From an uncultured Candidatus Saccharibacteria bacterium (GTDB taxonomy: Bacteria; Patescibacteriota; Minisyncoccia; Phycocordibacterales; PALSA-1337): a stretch of DNA of 64,000 nucleotides. Positions 54,628 to 64,000 of the stretch are shown piece by piece. The stretch spans positions 16,334 to 80,333 of the forward strand of contig CAYHNH010000003.1 of NCBI GenBank assembly GCA_964358005.1. Reading direction: 5' to 3'. Numbering within the stretch: the stretch's first letter is position 1; every line of letters begins with the position of its first letter. The notes below the pieces were generated by a model. That model saw only the letters and a list, made by a program, of their open reading frames with translations, made no database searches and was not told the DNA's origin. Made by a program: the position numbers and the translations under genes.

Positions 54628-55587
54628 ATGTCTACCGGCTACGTAAATAACGCTGTCTTCTGGGTGGAGATCGAAAAGATCGCGCCCAACCCGTACCAGC
54701 CGCGCCGTGAATTCGATGTCGACAAATTGCGTGACCTCGCTGACTCCATAAAGATGTACGGGGTGTTGCAGCCCCTTACTGTGAGCCGCAAAGAGGTATA
54801 TCGCGCGGACGGTGGCATGAATGTCGAGTATGAGCTCATCTCCGGTGAGCGTCGTTTGCGCGCTTCGAAGCTCGCCGGCCTGTCGCAGGTGCCTGTGCTC
54901 ATCAGAACTGGCGAGGATGATGGCCGGGTCAAGCTCGAACTCGCCATCATCGAGAATCTCCAACGCGAGGATCTAAACCCGATCGACCGAGCACGCTCGT
55001 TTGAGCGTTTGGCTAAGGAATTTAAACTCAAGCAGATCGAGATTGCCGAGAAGGTCGGCAAAAGCAGGGAGTATGTCTCCAATTCTGTCCGCATTCTTTC
55101 ATTGCCTGATGAGATGATCACTGCTCTCGAGGAAGGTAAGATATCCGAGGGACATACGAGACCCCTCCTCATGCTCATCGACCGGCCGGAGGAGCAGATC
55201 GTCCTATTCAAGGAGATCATGATGAAGAAGCTCACAGTGCGTGAAGCAGAGTCGTTGTCGCGCCGGGTAGCAACGGAGAAGATACGCAACAAAACGAAAT
55301 ATCTCGATCCGGCTATCATTGAAATGGAAAAGAACTTTACGGAATCGCTTGGCACACGAGTCCGTATCGAAAAGAACAAGGAAGGAGGCACTGTGACGAT
55401 CGACTTCTTCAGCCCTGATGACCTGCGGGCGCTGCTCGAGAAGCTCAATAAGACTGAGGCAGTGGTAGCGGCCATGCCGGCAGTCGCAGTTAGCGAAGAC
55501 CAAAAGCCCATGGATGACCGAGCGCCTGCGGATGTAGTCAAGGAAGACAATACGGAGCTGTATTCTCTGAAGAATTTTTCACTGTAA
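54628..55587 (+). CDS. parB: chromosome partitioning protein ParB/Spo0J
   Basis: ParB-N box (YELISGERRLRASKLAGLSQVPVLIR), HTH and C-terminal dimerisation region; no parA adjacent in this window. Confidence 0.85.
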   Translation: MSTGYVNNAVFWVEIEKIAPNPYQPRREFDVDKLRDLADSIKMYGVLQPLTVSRKEVYRADGGMNVEYELISGERRLRASKLAGLSQVPVLIRTGEDDGRVKLELAIIENLQREDLNPIDRARSFERLAKEFKLKQIEIAEKVGKSREYVSNSVRILSLPDEMITALEEGKISEGHTRPLLMLIDRPEEQIVLFKEIMMKKLTVREAESLSRRVATEKIRNKTKYLDPAIIEMEKNFTESLGTRVRIEKNKEGGTVTIDFFSPDDLRALLEKLNKTEAVVAAMPAVAVSEDQKPMDDRAPADVVKEDNTELYSLKNFSL

Positions 55588-55671
55588 GGAGGAGCTCGGT
55601 CTGAGAGCGCTGGACAAAAAATCACGCCCCAGGTGGAGCGTGATCGAGGAGAATGTCTGGATAGATTCGAA

Positions 55672-56049
55672 CTAGTTCACCGGAGCCATGTCGGCGAGAA
55701 GATCGCTGATCAGCGACCTGACCTGCTCGATCGTGAAGGGCTTATTCAGCATGTGCGGGCTGAATTTGGCCATCCGATCAGCTGTGCTTCGGCTCAAGGC
55801 ACCGGAGACAAAGACGATAGGGAAGGTGTGGCCAAGCCTTCTGATATCCTCCGCCATGATGATGCCATCCATTCGGGGCATCTGATAATCGGTGATAACG
55901 AGGTCAGGTGGAAAGGCTTTTATCGCCTTCAGGCCTTCGATCCCATCGGAAGCCTCAAGCACATTGTAGCCGGCTTGTCTGCATACCGCTGCTACGACAC
56001 CCCGCAGGGGCAGATCGTCATCAACGATGATGATGGTTTTCGTACGCAT
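55672..56049 (-). CDS. single-domain response regulator (CheY-like receiver)
   Basis: MRTKTIIIVDDDLPLR...LVITDYQMPRMDG... receiver signature with phospho-acceptor Asp and conserved Lys region; 125 aa. Confidence 0.7.
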   Translation of the reverse strand: MRTKTIIIVDDDLPLRGVVAAVCRQAGYNVLEASDGIEGLKAIKAFPPDLVITDYQMPRMDGIIMAEDIRRLGHTFPIVFVSGALSRSTADRMAKFSPHMLNKPFTIEQVRSLISDLLADMAPVN

Positions 56050-56173
56050 TTTCTTTAAAAGGGCTGATTGTTACTGGAAATGACGGGCGGAGTGCCTGTC
56101 ATTACGAGATGCATTTTCGCACACAAATTATATAAAGTCAATAGGCTATCCCTGAATTCTAGCCTAGCCTGAA

Positions 56174-58378
56174 CTAAGCCTTGACCTTCTTCTGGAAGCC
56201 GCGCTTGGCTTTGGGCTTGGCGAGCATCTCGAGCGCGCGCGAGAGAGTGATGGTGTAGACGTCGTCGGGCGCCTTTATGGATCTAAAATCCTTGTCGCGG
56301 ACTACATAAGGGCCGAAGCGTCCTATCGATGCCGTCACCTCCAAGCTGGTAGCTGGATCTATGCCGAGCTTACGTGGCACGCTCAAGTATTTAAGAGCTT
56401 CCTCCATAGTGATTTTCGATGGGTCGGTTGTTTTTGGAATGGATGCCATTCTTGGTTTTACAGCACCCTTGGTCTTCTTCTCTGGCTTGAATCCGAGCTG
56501 GACATATGGACCAAAGCGGCCATTCAATACAAAGATCGGCAGACCTGTCGTGGGGTCAGTGCCTATGGGCTCGTCTTTCTTGAATTCCATGCCTTCCAAA
56601 GTGAGCGCTCCGTCGCAGTCAGGATATTTCTCACATGACAGGAATTTGCCGTTGCGGCCGAGCTTGATCTCCATGGGTGAGGCGCACTTAGGGCATTTGA
56701 ACTTCGGGTCAGCCTTGCCGAGGTTGGTGGCCTTGGCCAGCTTCTCTTTGGATTTGACGTCCTTGTGGAATGGTCCATAGAAATCCGAGAGGGTCTTTAA
56801 GTAGGTGCGTTCGCCGCTCGCTATCTCGTCGAGCTGATTCTCCATGTCGGCAGTGAACGAGTCGCTGATGTATGACGGGAAATATTCCTCCAGGAATGAG
56901 GAGACGACATCGCCGGTGTCGGTCGGCTTGAGCGAGCGGTTGTCGCGCTCGACATATCCGCGGTCCTCGATGGTCTTGCAGATAGATGCATACGTAGAAG
57001 GTCTGCCTATGCCGCGCTTCTCCAGTTCCTTGATGAGGCCGGCCTCTGTGTATCTGGAAGGCGGCTGAGTCTGCTTCTCCTCAGCGGCGATGGAGACAAG
57101 CGCGATAGCCTCGCCCTTCTTGCACTTAGGCAGGGTCATCTCCTCGCCGACTGATTCTGGGTCGGCTTTGAGCCAGCCATCGAAGAGGACTCGGGAGCCG
57201 TTTGCCTCGAAGACAGGCAGCTTATCACCGGACACGTTCGCGGAGATCTTGGTCCTGGCCATGATGGCGTCGCTCATCTGTGAAGCGACGGCCCTCTGCC
57301 ATATGAGACGGTAGAGCTTCTTCTGCTCGTCATTGGCGCCCGCGGATTCTTTTTTAAATACGCTGGGGCGTATGGCCTCGTGAGCCTCTTGGGCATTCTT
57401 GCTCTTTGTGGTGAATTTCCTGAATGAGAGATATTGTTTGCCGTAATTTTTCTCTATGGTCGCGCCAATCTGGTCGAGTGCCTGCTGGCCGAGATTGGTC
57501 GAATCCGTGCGCATATAGGTGATGTGGCCGGCCTCGTAAAGCTTCTGGGCTATGCCCATGGTGCGGGAAGGCGTAAACCCGAGGCGGGTGCTGGCCGTCT
57601 GTTGGAGCGTAGAGGTGATGAAAGGCGCCTTGGGCGAGCGCTTGACCTCGCTCTCCTCAATATCTGTGATCGTCCACTTCTCTTTTTTTGCAGTCGCTAG
57701 AATGGAGTCTACCTCCTTTTTGTCGCGGGGCTCCTTGGAGCAGGTGAGTGCTAGCGGTTGCTCGCTATCTGTATTCCACATGCCAGCGATGGCCCAATAC
57801 GTCTCTGGCACGAATGCACGGATCTCTCGCTCGCGCTCCATTATGATGCGCAGGGCTGGTGACTGGACGCGGCCGGCCGAGAGGCCATAGCGGACTTTCT
57901 TCCAAACTAGGCCGGAGAGGTCATAGCCTACGATGCGGTCGAGGACACGACGGGCCTCCTGGGCCTGGCGTAGATTCTGGTCTATCTCGCGTGGATGTTG
58001 GAGCGCCTCATTCACTGCCTCCTTGGTGATCTCATAGAAGGCGGCTCGCTCTATTTTTTGTGCCACGCTGGGGCCGAGGCGCTCTTTCAGTATCTCGGCT
58101 ATATGCCAGGCTATGGCTTCGCCTTCGCGGTCGGGGTCTGTCGCTAGTATTATCTCATCGGCTTTGGCAGCTTGGGTGGATATGTCGTCTAGAACATCCA
58201 TCTTCTTGGCGACGATCTCATAGTGGGGAACGAAGCCGCCCTCGATGTCGACAGCCTTCTTGTTTGATTTGGGCAGGTCACGGACGTGGCCGACGGAGGC
58301 GCGGACGATGAAATCATCGCCAAGATATTTGGAGATGGTCTTAGATTTCGATGGCGATTCGACGATGACTAATTTCAT
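56174..58378 (-). CDS. topA: DNA topoisomerase I
   Basis: N-terminal Toprim MKLVIVESPSKSKTISKYLG, active-site Tyr region, C-terminal Cys4 zinc ribbons (CPKCASPM...CEKYPDCDG); 734 aa. Confidence 0.9.
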   Translation of the reverse strand: MKLVIVESPSKSKTISKYLGDDFIVRASVGHVRDLPKSNKKAVDIEGGFVPHYEIVAKKMDVLDDISTQAAKADEIILATDPDREGEAIAWHIAEILKERLGPSVAQKIERAAFYEITKEAVNEALQHPREIDQNLRQAQEARRVLDRIVGYDLSGLVWKKVRYGLSAGRVQSPALRIIMEREREIRAFVPETYWAIAGMWNTDSEQPLALTCSKEPRDKKEVDSILATAKKEKWTITDIEESEVKRSPKAPFITSTLQQTASTRLGFTPSRTMGIAQKLYEAGHITYMRTDSTNLGQQALDQIGATIEKNYGKQYLSFRKFTTKSKNAQEAHEAIRPSVFKKESAGANDEQKKLYRLIWQRAVASQMSDAIMARTKISANVSGDKLPVFEANGSRVLFDGWLKADPESVGEEMTLPKCKKGEAIALVSIAAEEKQTQPPSRYTEAGLIKELEKRGIGRPSTYASICKTIEDRGYVERDNRSLKPTDTGDVVSSFLEEYFPSYISDSFTADMENQLDEIASGERTYLKTLSDFYGPFHKDVKSKEKLAKATNLGKADPKFKCPKCASPMEIKLGRNGKFLSCEKYPDCDGALTLEGMEFKKDEPIGTDPTTGLPIFVLNGRFGPYVQLGFKPEKKTKGAVKPRMASIPKTTDPSKITMEEALKYLSVPRKLGIDPATSLEVTASIGRFGPYVVRDKDFRSIKAPDDVYTITLSRALEMLAKPKAKRGFQKKVKA

Positions 58379-58438
58379 GGGTGCGTTCAGTATTACATTA
58401 TAATTTCATGCAAGGCAAATATGGTGGCGGATTTTACG

Positions 58439-59308
58439 CTATATACATCTGACGGTATCGTCCGAAATGCTGACCAATCCCTCTAGCTCAAGATAGGCAA
58501 GTTTCTCATTCAGTTTAGTGGGTGACATCCGTAATTTTTCGGAAAGGTGATCGATAGTGTATTCAGAGATTTTGAGCACCTCGATGATGCTCCGAGAGTC
58601 TTGGTCCAGCTTCTCTACAATAGATAGGGTTTCGGAGGATAGCTTGTTGGCCTCAAAACCGAAGTTTTCAAGCACATCTCTGGCTGAGCTCACCATCAAC
58701 GCACCATTTTTGATGAGCATGTGCGGTCCATATGAGTGTGAATTTGATATCGGCCCAGGTATCGCCATAATGTCTCTGTCATATTCCTCGGCGTGTTTTG
58801 CGGTCATTAGAGAACCAGACCCCTTGCCGGCTTCAACTATGAGGGTCGCATGCGATAGTCCGGCCATGAGCTTGTTTCTTGCAGGAAATGCCCATTTGCC
58901 TGTGTCGTAGCCGACCCTCCATTGCGAGACGAGAGCCCCTCCCTTATCCACGATCTCTCGAGCGAGCCTGGTATGCGCAGGCGGGTATATAGCCTTCCAT
59001 TCTAGGGTCGAACCTGGAAAAGCGATGCAGTGGAGGCCGGCATCCAGAGCTGCCATATGGGCTATGCTGTCTATTCCCAGGGCGAGACCGGAGACTATGG
59101 AGATAGGGTATCCTCGGAGTCCGCTCAAAATTTTATTGACGGAATCTCTTCCGTATGTCGTCCAATCACGCGAACCGACGACACATAGGTATTTTCTGTC
59201 TTCATCAACAGGAAAATGGCCTCTTATATAGAGTTTTCTGGGAGACCCAGGCATATTTTTTAGAGTATTTGGATAATCGCTCTTATTCAGAATATTTATT
59301 TCATTCAT
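58439..59308 (-). CDS. dprA: DNA-processing protein DprA (Smf)
   Basis: Rossmann-like DprA core (IVSGLALGIDSIAHMAALDAG...MAIPG) plus C-terminal wHTH. Confidence 0.8.
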   Translation of the reverse strand: MNEINILNKSDYPNTLKNMPGSPRKLYIRGHFPVDEDRKYLCVVGSRDWTTYGRDSVNKILSGLRGYPISIVSGLALGIDSIAHMAALDAGLHCIAFPGSTLEWKAIYPPAHTRLAREIVDKGGALVSQWRVGYDTGKWAFPARNKLMAGLSHATLIVEAGKGSGSLMTAKHAEEYDRDIMAIPGPISNSHSYGPHMLIKNGALMVSSARDVLENFGFEANKLSSETLSIVEKLDQDSRSIIEVLKISEYTIDHLSEKLRMSPTKLNEKLAYLELEGLVSISDDTVRCI

Positions 59309-59484
59309 GTCAATAAAAATTATTGGTTAATAAGACAACACAATGATTCCCGCGAGGCAGCCGGCGTGTGGAAATCGAAAGCCCAAAAGCGCAGCCACGC
59401 AAAAAATCGCGCACAGGCGCGGCAGTGGGCACCATTATAACACTTTTTTTATTGTCCATATATTGCTATTATTACCGCACTGAC

Positions 59485-60747
59485 ATGCTAGACATCAGAT
59501 TCATCCGCGAAAACAAGGACATAGTGGCGGCTGCGGCCAAAAAGAAGCATATAGCCTTCGATGTGGACGAGCTCATCGCTCTCGATGAAAAGCGGCGAGC
59601 GCTTATGGCGGCCTCCGAAGCAAAAAGGGCTGAGCAGAATGCCGCTAACAGCAGCATAGCCAGCGCCATTTCTGCCGATGACCGCGCCAGACTCATCTCG
59701 TCGATGAAGACCGTCAAGACCGACCTCGAAAAGGCCGAAACAGAGCTCAAGGAGATCATGAAAGCCTGGCAAGATCTCATGCTCCGAGTGCCCAACATTC
59801 CAGACATGTCCGTCCCGGAGGGTGACAGCGATGCCGACAATAAGGAGGTAAAAGTCTGGGGAGAAAAGACCGCATTTTCATTTGAGGCCAAAGACCATAT
59901 AGAGCTCATGACCAACCTAAAGATGGTGGATTTCGAGAGAGCGGCGAAGGTCCACGGGTTCAGAGGCTATTATCTGACTGGGGATGGCGCCAGGCTCTGC
60001 TTCGCTATCTGGAGCTACGCCATGGATTTCTTCTCTGGCAAGGGCTTCACCCCGATCATGCCCCCGGCGATAGTGAGAAAGATATTTTTGTACGGCACCG
60101 GCTATCTCCCAGGCGACGCGAATGATTTCTATACGATTCAAGACGGCGATGTGCTCGCTGGCACTGCGGAGGTCCCGCTTATGGCCATGCATAGCGAGGA
60201 GATCCTAGATCTAGCCGAATTGCCCAAGAGATACCTCGGATTCTCTCCGAGCTATAGGAGGGAGATAGGCGCCCACGGCAAGGACGTCAAGGGTCTAATT
60301 CGTGTCCATGAGTTTCAGAAATTCGAGCAGGTCGTCATATGCGAGGCCAACCACGAGACTTCGGTGAGGACTCATGAGGAGCTCAATCGCAACACGGAGG
60401 AATTCATTGAATCGTTGGGTATCCCGTATCACACTGTCATCAATTGTGGTGGAGACTTGGGTATCGGGCAGGTCAAAAAATATGATATAGAGCTCTGGGT
60501 TCCTAAGGAAGGCAAGTATAGAGAGATTTCGTCTGCTTCGTATTTCCACGATTTCCAATGCCGCCGCCTCAATATCCGCTACAAGGACGCCGCGGGTAAG
60601 ATGAACTACTGCCATTCATTGAATTCCACCGCCATCCCGACGCCGCGCATACTTGTGTCGCTCGTGGAGAACTTCCAGCAGGCTGATGGCACCATCAGAG
60701 TACCGGAGGCGCTCGTTAAATATCTAGGCAAGAATGCGATCCAATAA
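59485..60747 (+). CDS. serS: serine--tRNA ligase
   Basis: MLDIRFIRENKD N-terminal coiled-coil arm; class II motifs (GFSPSYRREIG, HEFQKFEQV, MNYCHSLNSTAIPTPR); start at ATG 59485 inside the longer track ORF. Confidence 0.85.
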   Translation: MLDIRFIRENKDIVAAAAKKKHIAFDVDELIALDEKRRALMAASEAKRAEQNAANSSIASAISADDRARLISSMKTVKTDLEKAETELKEIMKAWQDLMLRVPNIPDMSVPEGDSDADNKEVKVWGEKTAFSFEAKDHIELMTNLKMVDFERAAKVHGFRGYYLTGDGARLCFAIWSYAMDFFSGKGFTPIMPPAIVRKIFLYGTGYLPGDANDFYTIQDGDVLAGTAEVPLMAMHSEEILDLAELPKRYLGFSPSYRREIGAHGKDVKGLIRVHEFQKFEQVVICEANHETSVRTHEELNRNTEEFIESLGIPYHTVINCGGDLGIGQVKKYDIELWVPKEGKYREISSASYFHDFQCRRLNIRYKDAAGKMNYCHSLNSTAIPTPRILVSLVENFQQADGTIRVPEALVKYLGKNAIQ

Positions 60748-61618
60748 CTCACGCCAGTCGAAGCCCTTCGCGGAGAGGCGTCGCAGGCGCGCGATCATAG
60801 GCACGATCGCCGGTGTGTTGGCAGTCGCATCCTGGCTGTTCTCACTCTCCAGGCTCTCATTCATATCGGCTCTGGCGATCGAGGATGTAGAGGTGTATGG
60901 CGTCGAAGCCGACCTTGCCCCAGTCATGCGATCCGCTGCGCTCGAGGCTATGAGTGGCGCCTACCTGGGCATATTCTCCAAAGGCAACGCATTCACATAC
61001 CCAGAAGCCAGGATTGTTGCATGGGTAGCTTCGTCGTCGCCTCGTGTGATGAACGTCAGCGTGAGGAGATCCGGCCTGCACAAGCTGGTGGTGTCAGTGT
61101 CAGAAAAGGCCACGGCCGCCATCATCTGTGCCGATCTGCCCGATCTCTCGGATGGTTCTCTCGACCGGAATGAGAACTGCTACGAAGCCGACGCTACCGG
61201 CTACGTATTCAAGCCCGTGGGCGGTTCGCCTTCAGCCGATTTGTTTAGATATTACATTCCCGACCTGGCTGGCAAGAAGCTGGATGGATCATTCGCGACG
61301 AGCACGGAGAAATTCCGGACTATCTTCGAACTGCTCTCGTCAGTGAAAGAGGCCGGCATAGGTGTCCATGGCATCCTACTTGAGAATGGTCATGACTACG
61401 AGCTGTATGCCGACAATCCCGCCGGTGGGTCTCTGGTCGTCATCACCATGAATGAGGATGCGGGGCTTGAAGTACAAAAAGAGAACCTCATCGCCTACTG
61501 GAACCGCATGGTCGCCCTGGCAAAAACCAAAAGCGTCAACCTGGCCTGGGATGAGATAAAACTGCAATACCCTCCGAATGTCTACTCGCGCCCAGATTTC
61601 GGACTCGAATCAAAATGA
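60734..61618 (+). CDS. cell division protein FtsQ/DivIB-like (TM plus POTRA)
   Basis: Basic N-terminus, TM helix AIIGTIAGVLAVASWLF, then POTRA-like IEDVEVYGVE...RVMNVSVRRSGLHKLVVSVSEKATAAII pattern. Confidence 0.45.
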   Translation: MRSNNSRQSKPFAERRRRRAIIGTIAGVLAVASWLFSLSRLSFISALAIEDVEVYGVEADLAPVMRSAALEAMSGAYLGIFSKGNAFTYPEARIVAWVASSSPRVMNVSVRRSGLHKLVVSVSEKATAAIICADLPDLSDGSLDRNENCYEADATGYVFKPVGGSPSADLFRYYIPDLAGKKLDGSFATSTEKFRTIFELLSSVKEAGIGVHGILLENGHDYELYADNPAGGSLVVITMNEDAGLEVQKENLIAYWNRMVALAKTKSVNLAWDEIKLQYPPNVYSRPDFGLESK

Positions 61619-62526
61619 GGAGTTTTTTTATGGTCCTGTTCTATGGTCTGGCGCTGGTCTTCGGAGGTATCCTGATCATGTGGGGGCTGGATCGTATCTC
61701 AGAGCGTGAGCCCTCGGTGGCAAATACCGATGGCACCGTGAATGATGGGCTGAGCCGCCTCATACGCTACACTGCTAATGAGGAGGAGGACGTGATAAAT
61801 TCCGCGCTTGGCAGTTTGCCACAAGGTGAGGATCGTATAACCGCATCGTCATATATAGTCAAGAATCTAACCAAGAACAGCGTGTGGACTGAATACGACT
61901 CGGACAGGATCAGGCCCATAGCCTCGGTCGCCAAGCTGGTGACTGCGGTGATAGCGCGCAAGCTCATTCCCGAAGATGCCGAGATCAGCATCTCAGCGGC
62001 TATCGTCAATACTTTCGGCAACACTGCGGGCTTCAGAGAGGGCGAAACATTTTCTGCATCTGACCTCATGTACCCGCTTCTCATGGTCTCATCGAATGAC
62101 GCAGCCGAAGCCTTCGCCAGGAAATTTGGCCGCAAGCTATTCGTGAGGGCCATGAATGACTTCGTGCAATCCATAGGGGCATACAAGACATATTTTTCGG
62201 ATCCTTCCGGCCTGTCGAAGAACGATGTTTCCTCCGCTGGTGATTTGGCACTGATCCTGGGTTGGATACGCCAGAATGAACCCAGCATACTCGATATCAC
62301 GCTGACGAAGACCAAGACTGTGCGCAATCATACTTGGGTGAACCCCACGCATTTCCTCTCGTGGTCGTACTATATTGGTGGCAAGAATGGGTTCATCGAC
62401 GAGGCTGGCAGGACTGCCGCGGCGCTCTTCCGGTTGGGCTATGAAAAAGACATATACGCCATAGTAGTACTTGGCAGCGAGAACAGAGATGCTGATGTGG
62501 TGCGTTTGATAAACAAGGTCAAATAA
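61615..62526 (+). CDS. D-alanyl-D-alanine carboxypeptidase (serine peptidase S11/PBP5-like)
   Basis: SxxK (ASVAKLVTA), SxN (VSSNDAAE), KTG-like (GGKNG) motifs; N-terminal TM; ATGA overlap with the upstream gene. Confidence 0.6.
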   Translation: MRSFFMVLFYGLALVFGGILIMWGLDRISEREPSVANTDGTVNDGLSRLIRYTANEEEDVINSALGSLPQGEDRITASSYIVKNLTKNSVWTEYDSDRIRPIASVAKLVTAVIARKLIPEDAEISISAAIVNTFGNTAGFREGETFSASDLMYPLLMVSSNDAAEAFARKFGRKLFVRAMNDFVQSIGAYKTYFSDPSGLSKNDVSSAGDLALILGWIRQNEPSILDITLTKTKTVRNHTWVNPTHFLSWSYYIGGKNGFIDEAGRTAAALFRLGYEKDIYAIVVLGSENRDADVVRLINKVK

Positions 62527-62540
62527 TATACATTAGGCCG

Positions 62541-63524
62541 ATGAACTTCTGGAATAGTTTGAGGAAGGCAGGCAAGCCGCTTTTTGTCATGGCTCCGATG
62601 GCGAACGTGACAGACGTTGTTTTTCGCGGCCTGTTCGCCAAATACGGCAAGCCGGATGTGACCTGGACCGAATTTGTGTCTGCCGACGGGCTCATATCTC
62701 CAGGCAGGAAGAAGCTGATGATAGATCTGAAGTTCTCGCCGAAGGAGAGGCCGATTGTGGCCCAGCTTTTTACCGGTCATCCCGAAGCCATGAAGAAGGC
62801 CGCGGCGCTTGCGGCAAAGCTGCGATTCGATGGCATAGATATCAATATGGGCTGTCCCGATCGTGCTGTCGAGAAGCAGGGCGGTGGTGCGGCACATATA
62901 AAGAACCCGAAGCTGGCGATAGAGGTCCTGGAGGCGGCGCGCGCAGGTGCAAAAGGCCTGCCCGTGAGCGTGAAGACTCGCATCGGCTATAACTCGTATG
63001 ATATTGGATGGACAAGACTGCTCCTAGAGCAGAAACTGCCGGCGCTCACGGTCCATCTGAGGACACGCAAGGAGATGTCAGATGTGCCGGCGCATTGGGA
63101 GCACATGGGAGAGATAGTCAGGCTTCGAGATGAGATCAGCCCGGAGACGATCATTCTGGGTAACGGCGATGTCGAGTCGATAGAGGACGGCCGTGCCAAG
63201 ATAAGGAAATACGGTTGTGATGGTGTGATGATAGGTCGCGGAATATTCGGTAAGCCATGGCTCTTCGAGAAGAAGGCTTTGCACGATTTTGGAGAATCGG
63301 CCCGTGAGCGTACGCCGGAGGAGCGTTTGAAGATCCTGGTTGAACACGCCAAGCTTTTCGAGAAGACATTCAAGGGCGTAAAAAGTTTCGCCGTAATGAG
63401 GAAGCATTTCAAGGCCTATGTGAACGGCTGGGACGGGGCTAAGGAGCTAAGGGCCGAGCTCATGACTGCCGAGGATGCGAAAGGGGTGGCGACTATCGTT
63501 AAGGCCTATTTGAAATCATGCTAA
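62541..63524 (+). CDS. dus: tRNA-dihydrouridine synthase
   Basis: MAPMANVTDVVFR, FDGIDINMGCP (catalytic Cys), TIM-barrel Dus family pattern. Confidence 0.8.
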   Translation: MNFWNSLRKAGKPLFVMAPMANVTDVVFRGLFAKYGKPDVTWTEFVSADGLISPGRKKLMIDLKFSPKERPIVAQLFTGHPEAMKKAAALAAKLRFDGIDINMGCPDRAVEKQGGGAAHIKNPKLAIEVLEAARAGAKGLPVSVKTRIGYNSYDIGWTRLLLEQKLPALTVHLRTRKEMSDVPAHWEHMGEIVRLRDEISPETIILGNGDVESIEDGRAKIRKYGCDGVMIGRGIFGKPWLFEKKALHDFGESARERTPEERLKILVEHAKLFEKTFKGVKSFAVMRKHFKAYVNGWDGAKELRAELMTAEDAKGVATIVKAYLKSC

Positions 63525-63533
63525 AATAACCTC

Positions 63534-64000
63534 ATGGCAGTCCTATACCGCACATATCGCCCCCAAAAATGGCCCGAAGTCATGGGCCAGGAGCACATAA
63601 TAGACGCGCTCAAGGATGCGATAGCAAACGAGAGAATTGCTCATGCCTATCTTTTTTCTGGATCGCGTGGCACCGGCAAGACGACCGTGGCTCGTATCCT
63701 CGCTAGAGAAGTCAAAACAGCGACAGATGACATCTATGAGATAGATGCGGCTTCGAACCGCGGCATCGATGACATCCGACAATTGCGCGAGCATGTCTCC
63801 GTTCTGCCGTTCTCCTCGGCCTACAAGGTGTATATCGTCGACGAAGTCCACATGCTATCCAAAGACGCTTGGAATGCGCTTTTGAAGACTCTCGAGGAAC
63901 CGCCCAAGCATGTCATTTTCATATTGGCGACCACGGAGCTGGACAAAGTTCCAGAGACGATAGTCTCGCGCTGTCAGACCTTCGCCTTCAGGAAGCCCTC
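63534..64000 (+). CDS. dnaX: DNA polymerase III subunit gamma/tau (3'-truncated by the window end)
   Basis: [57 protein letters not shown] (Walker A) ...IVDEVHML (Walker B); the ORF runs off the window and so is absent from the ORF track. Confidence 0.8.
   Translation, partial: MAVLYRTYRPQKWPEVMGQEHIIDALKDAIANERIAHAYLFSGSRGTGKTTVARILAREVKTATDDIYEIDAASNRGIDDIRQLREHVSVLPFSSAYKVYIVDEVHMLSKDAWNALLKTLEEPPKHVIFILATTELDKVPETIVSRCQTFAFRKP

Noticed and set aside
54639-55625. 328-aa minus-strand ORF
   Set aside because: Antisense to the well-supported parB gene; Ser/Arg-rich low-complexity translation.
63543-63851. 102-aa minus-strand ORF
   Set aside because: Antisense to the dnaX 5' region, which has clear Walker A/B motifs on the plus strand.
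1-64000. Search for CRISPR arrays, rRNA genes, integrases, transposases and IS inverted repeats
   Set aside because: No spaced identical direct repeats typical of CRISPR, no 16S/23S/5S-like sequence, and no ORF with integrase/transposase motifs (tyrosine recombinase R-H-R-Y, DDE) were recognisable in any frame.

Overview
This window looks like a compact, gene-dense bacterial chromosome segment with tight or overlapping genes and many short hypotheticals. The gene content is reminiscent of a reduced-genome (CPR/Patescibacteria-like, possibly Saccharibacteria-like) organism, though the sequence alone does not prove this. Confidently recognisable core genes include ftsZ-ftsA, ybeY, rpsU, hisS-like, lepB, pth, rpsA, gyrA, trxB, rpmF, a nusB-Nudix fusion, rnc, an SMC-like ATPase, clpB, alr, rpmG, lexA, rarA, miaA, parB, topA, dprA, serS, an ftsQ-like gene, a D-Ala-D-Ala carboxypeptidase, dus and a 3'-truncated dnaX. 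Eight tRNA genes were identified by manual folding: Val-GAC, Glu-TTC, Ser-CGA, Leu-TAG, Lys-CTT, Tyr-GTA, Trp-CCA and Leu-CAA. There is no rRNA, no CRISPR array, and no integrase or transposase. Accessory and unusual content comes in seven blocks. (1) A tandem array of six paralogous secreted/membrane proteins at 24488-27527 shares a conserved C-terminal two-helix membrane hairpin with VirB2/TrbC-pilin-like topology; one member carries an FN3 ectodomain. (2) Directly downstream, a visibly G+C-rich four-gene minus-strand island at 27600-33200 contains an SPFH-domain operon and a 580-aa coiled-coil, Pro/Gln-rich membrane protein, and ends at a tRNA-Leu/tRNA-Lys pair. (3) A low-G+C islet at 46760-51930 carries a DUF4145 protein, a Panacea (DUF4065) antitoxin-like gene with a tightly coupled downstream candidate toxin, and a methyltransferase-peptidase S51 fusion. 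(4) A perfect 18-bp GAAC-N4-GTTC palindrome (Cheo-type SOS box) sits upstream of a small ORF, lexA and a ParB/Srx-nuclease-domain gene. (5) A low-G+C operon at the window start pairs a TylF-like O-methyltransferase with a NodU/CmcH carbamoyltransferase and a HAD hydrolase. (6) Paired operator-like palindromes lie beside an XRE regulator. (7) tRNA-end duplications suggest past integration events.
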